Shown here one piece after another: positions 62,288 to 64,000 of a stretch of DNA of 64,000 nucleotides (its first letter is position 1; the number at the start of each line of letters is the position of its first letter). The translations under genes and the position numbers were made by a program. The DNA is from Vicugna vicugna (taxonomy: Eukaryota), in NCBI GenBank assembly GCA_013265495.1, contig MU058059.1, positions 2,643,502 to 2,707,501 on the forward strand, written 5' to 3'. The notes below the pieces were generated by a model that did not search any database, had not been told where the DNA came from, and saw nothing but the letters and a program-made list of their open reading frames with translations.

Positions 62288-62539
62288 TTTTTAATTTTTT
62301 AATTTTAATTCTTATTTTTTTATTGAAGTGTAATTGATCCATAATGTTAGTTTCAGGTGTACAGCAAAGCGATTCAGTTAACACACATACATACGTATAT
62401 ATACATTTTCAGATTCTTTTCCATTACAGCTCATTACAAGAAGTTGAATATAGTTCCCAGAGCTGTACAGTAGGTCCTTGTGGTTTATCTGCCTTATATA
62501 TAGTAATATGTATCTGTTAATCCCAAGCTCCTAATCTAT
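62288..62539 (-). mobile_element. Young L1 3' end, antisense
   Basis: ttttttattgaagtgtaattgatccataatgttagtttcaggtgtacagcaaagcgattcag...gttgaatatagttcccagagctgtacagtagg. Confidence 0.88.
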
Positions 62540-63935
62540 GAGTTTATTTTTATATTTTAAAATATATATAAAATAAAAATAAATATTTATAAAAATATAT
62601 ATAAATACATTTTAAAGGTGAAAATAAGCATAGTTGTTTTATATCTGCTTTGCACATTTTTACCGGACAAACTAACATGTCAGTGGGTAACAGGCGTCAT
62701 GCTCACTGACCCTGGCGTGTTTTACAGATACTCAGGTGTTTTGTCCTTATCTTCATCAGTTGCTCTCTTTTTACCTGGCAGCTTACCACAAATATACATT
62801 CTAAATGTAATACGTCTCTATTTTAGAAGAACTTATAAATGACAGGCAGCTTGTGCTCTGTTTCTGGTTCTGCCATTAACTAATTATACAGTTTGAAAAT
62901 ACGAACACAGGTGAAAACGTTATCTGAAGGGAACGGCTCCACGAGAGGGAAAGTATATTAACATGTCGTCAGAATAGAGACGTCGGGCAGGAACCACAGG
63001 GATGTGGTGGTGCTTCCCGTGAAGCAGCGATGTAGGTGGGCATTAGTGTCCTGATCAGGAACTCAGCGTCAAATTAATCATATAACTACCATTAACTCAT
63101 CATAGGAGTTAAAACGTACAATTACATCCAGCTTGAGCACTTGAGCACTTTCAAATCAGTTATCTTTACACTTTAATGAAATTAAAGTGTTTTTAAAAGC
63201 ACTAATCAATTAAGATGTTGACGAGAGTTTAAAAATATTTTAAAATAAGAAGTATCCACTTTCAATGGAATCAGACAAACTGGATGAGATTGACTTTACC
63301 TCTTAATAACAGGAGGAAGAGAAGATGTAATCGTTAAATCTTGAGTGTTTCAGAGGAAGATTTGGAAGAAAAATAGACATTTTTAAAAGCATTTAAATGA
63401 CTAACAGAACAGAATGTAGGCTTGCAGTTTCACCTTAAAAATAATGTGCATGGAACGTCTCCTTTATTTTTCATGAAACAGATCACAGCTTCGTGAAAAG
63501 CTCTCTGAAAATCCCAAGTAAGAGGAAGGCGAGAGTTTAGCAAATGAAAAAAAAATTCAGAATATTCTCCAAAAGCCACGTGTAGATAATTCTCATACTC
63601 TTAGTTGTTTGGAAAAAAAATCAGCTCAGCATGATTGCAGAATCCCAAAAGCAAAGGCTGGAAGTCAAAAGGGAAATCTAATGAATTTCTCCATCCAAAA
63701 CGGTGGCCGCGGTTGTGGGGTTTTTCCTTCCGCTGTGGGGCCAGGTGTGCGATAGAAGGTGGCATGTCCTCTAAAGCACACGTAGCTCCCCGAGACTGCG
63801 GAAAGTGACGGCGCTGACCGCACAGGCGTGGTTGGGTCAGCAGTGCGCCCGGCACGGTGCCCACGAGTGAGTGCAGGGCGGTGTTTCCAGGTGTTGCCTC
63901 TGCCCCCCTCTGACTGGCCTTTGTCTTATTTACAG

Positions 63936-64000
63936 CCGTGTCTTCACCGTCGTCCTTTACGATGAAAACGAACACACTGAGCACGTCGGTGCCTAACTCC
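63936..64000 (+). CDS. PTPRM: PTPRM next juxtamembrane exon, truncated by window end: (S)VSSPSSFTMKTNTLSTSVPNS
   Basis: T|CC junction gives Ser, then 21 open codons matching the recalled PTPRM sequence NGRSVSSPSSFTMKTNTLSTSVPNS; canonical acceptor upstream. Confidence 0.96.

Larger units (their letters stand above)
59055..63935 (+). other. PTPRM: PTPRM intron (4881 nt, GT-AG, phase 1)
   Basis: GTGAGT donor; branch-like CTCTGAC at 63908-63914; pyrimidine tract ctttgtcttattt; CAG acceptor ending at 63935. Confidence 0.93.

Noticed and set aside
62540..62615. AT-rich quasi-palindrome (also AT-rich repeats at 35600-35665 and 53870-53920)
   Set aside because: Low-complexity A/T sequence in which self-complementarity and short duplications are expected by chance.
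1..64000. Prokaryote-type systems (CRISPR array, operon, prophage) or an intact retroviral or L1 ORF
   Set aside because: No regularly spaced direct repeats or dense ORFs; all L1s are 5'-truncated and the LTRs have no internal gag/pol/env sequence.

Overview
Mammalian genomic DNA, almost certainly camelid: it carries four tRNA-Ala-derived Vic-1-type SINEs and I saw no Alu, B1, Bov-A or CHR SINEs. The window lies inside PTPRM (receptor tyrosine phosphatase mu) on the + strand. Bases 1-58902 are the 3' part of the very long intron after the transmembrane exon. Then come a 152-nt juxtamembrane exon (58903-59054, KLAKKRKETMSSTRQEM...HNLNGR), a 4881-nt intron, and the start of the next exon (63936 to the window end, SVSSPSSFTMKTNTLSTSVPNS). 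The rest is intronic: young L1 3' ends, old L1M/L2/L3/MIR, two ERV1-type LTRs, an MLT1 LTR, a Tigger4 element and microsatellites. The other ORFs in the track look spurious. The most unusual items are (1) a fold-back inversion inside a solo LTR giving an 83-bp stem that is fully paired in the PTPRM pre-mRNA apart from one 11-nt bulge (29464-29840), (2) a candidate frame-preserving 15-nt microexon with SRRM4-type UGC context (59483-59497), (3) an orphan CpG-rich patch that could be an internal promoter, (4) extreme GC3 in the PTPRM exons, and (5) closely spaced inverted retroelement pairs. Repeat family names come from recalled consensus similarity and need RepeatMasker/Dfam confirmation; old-repeat boundaries are approximate.
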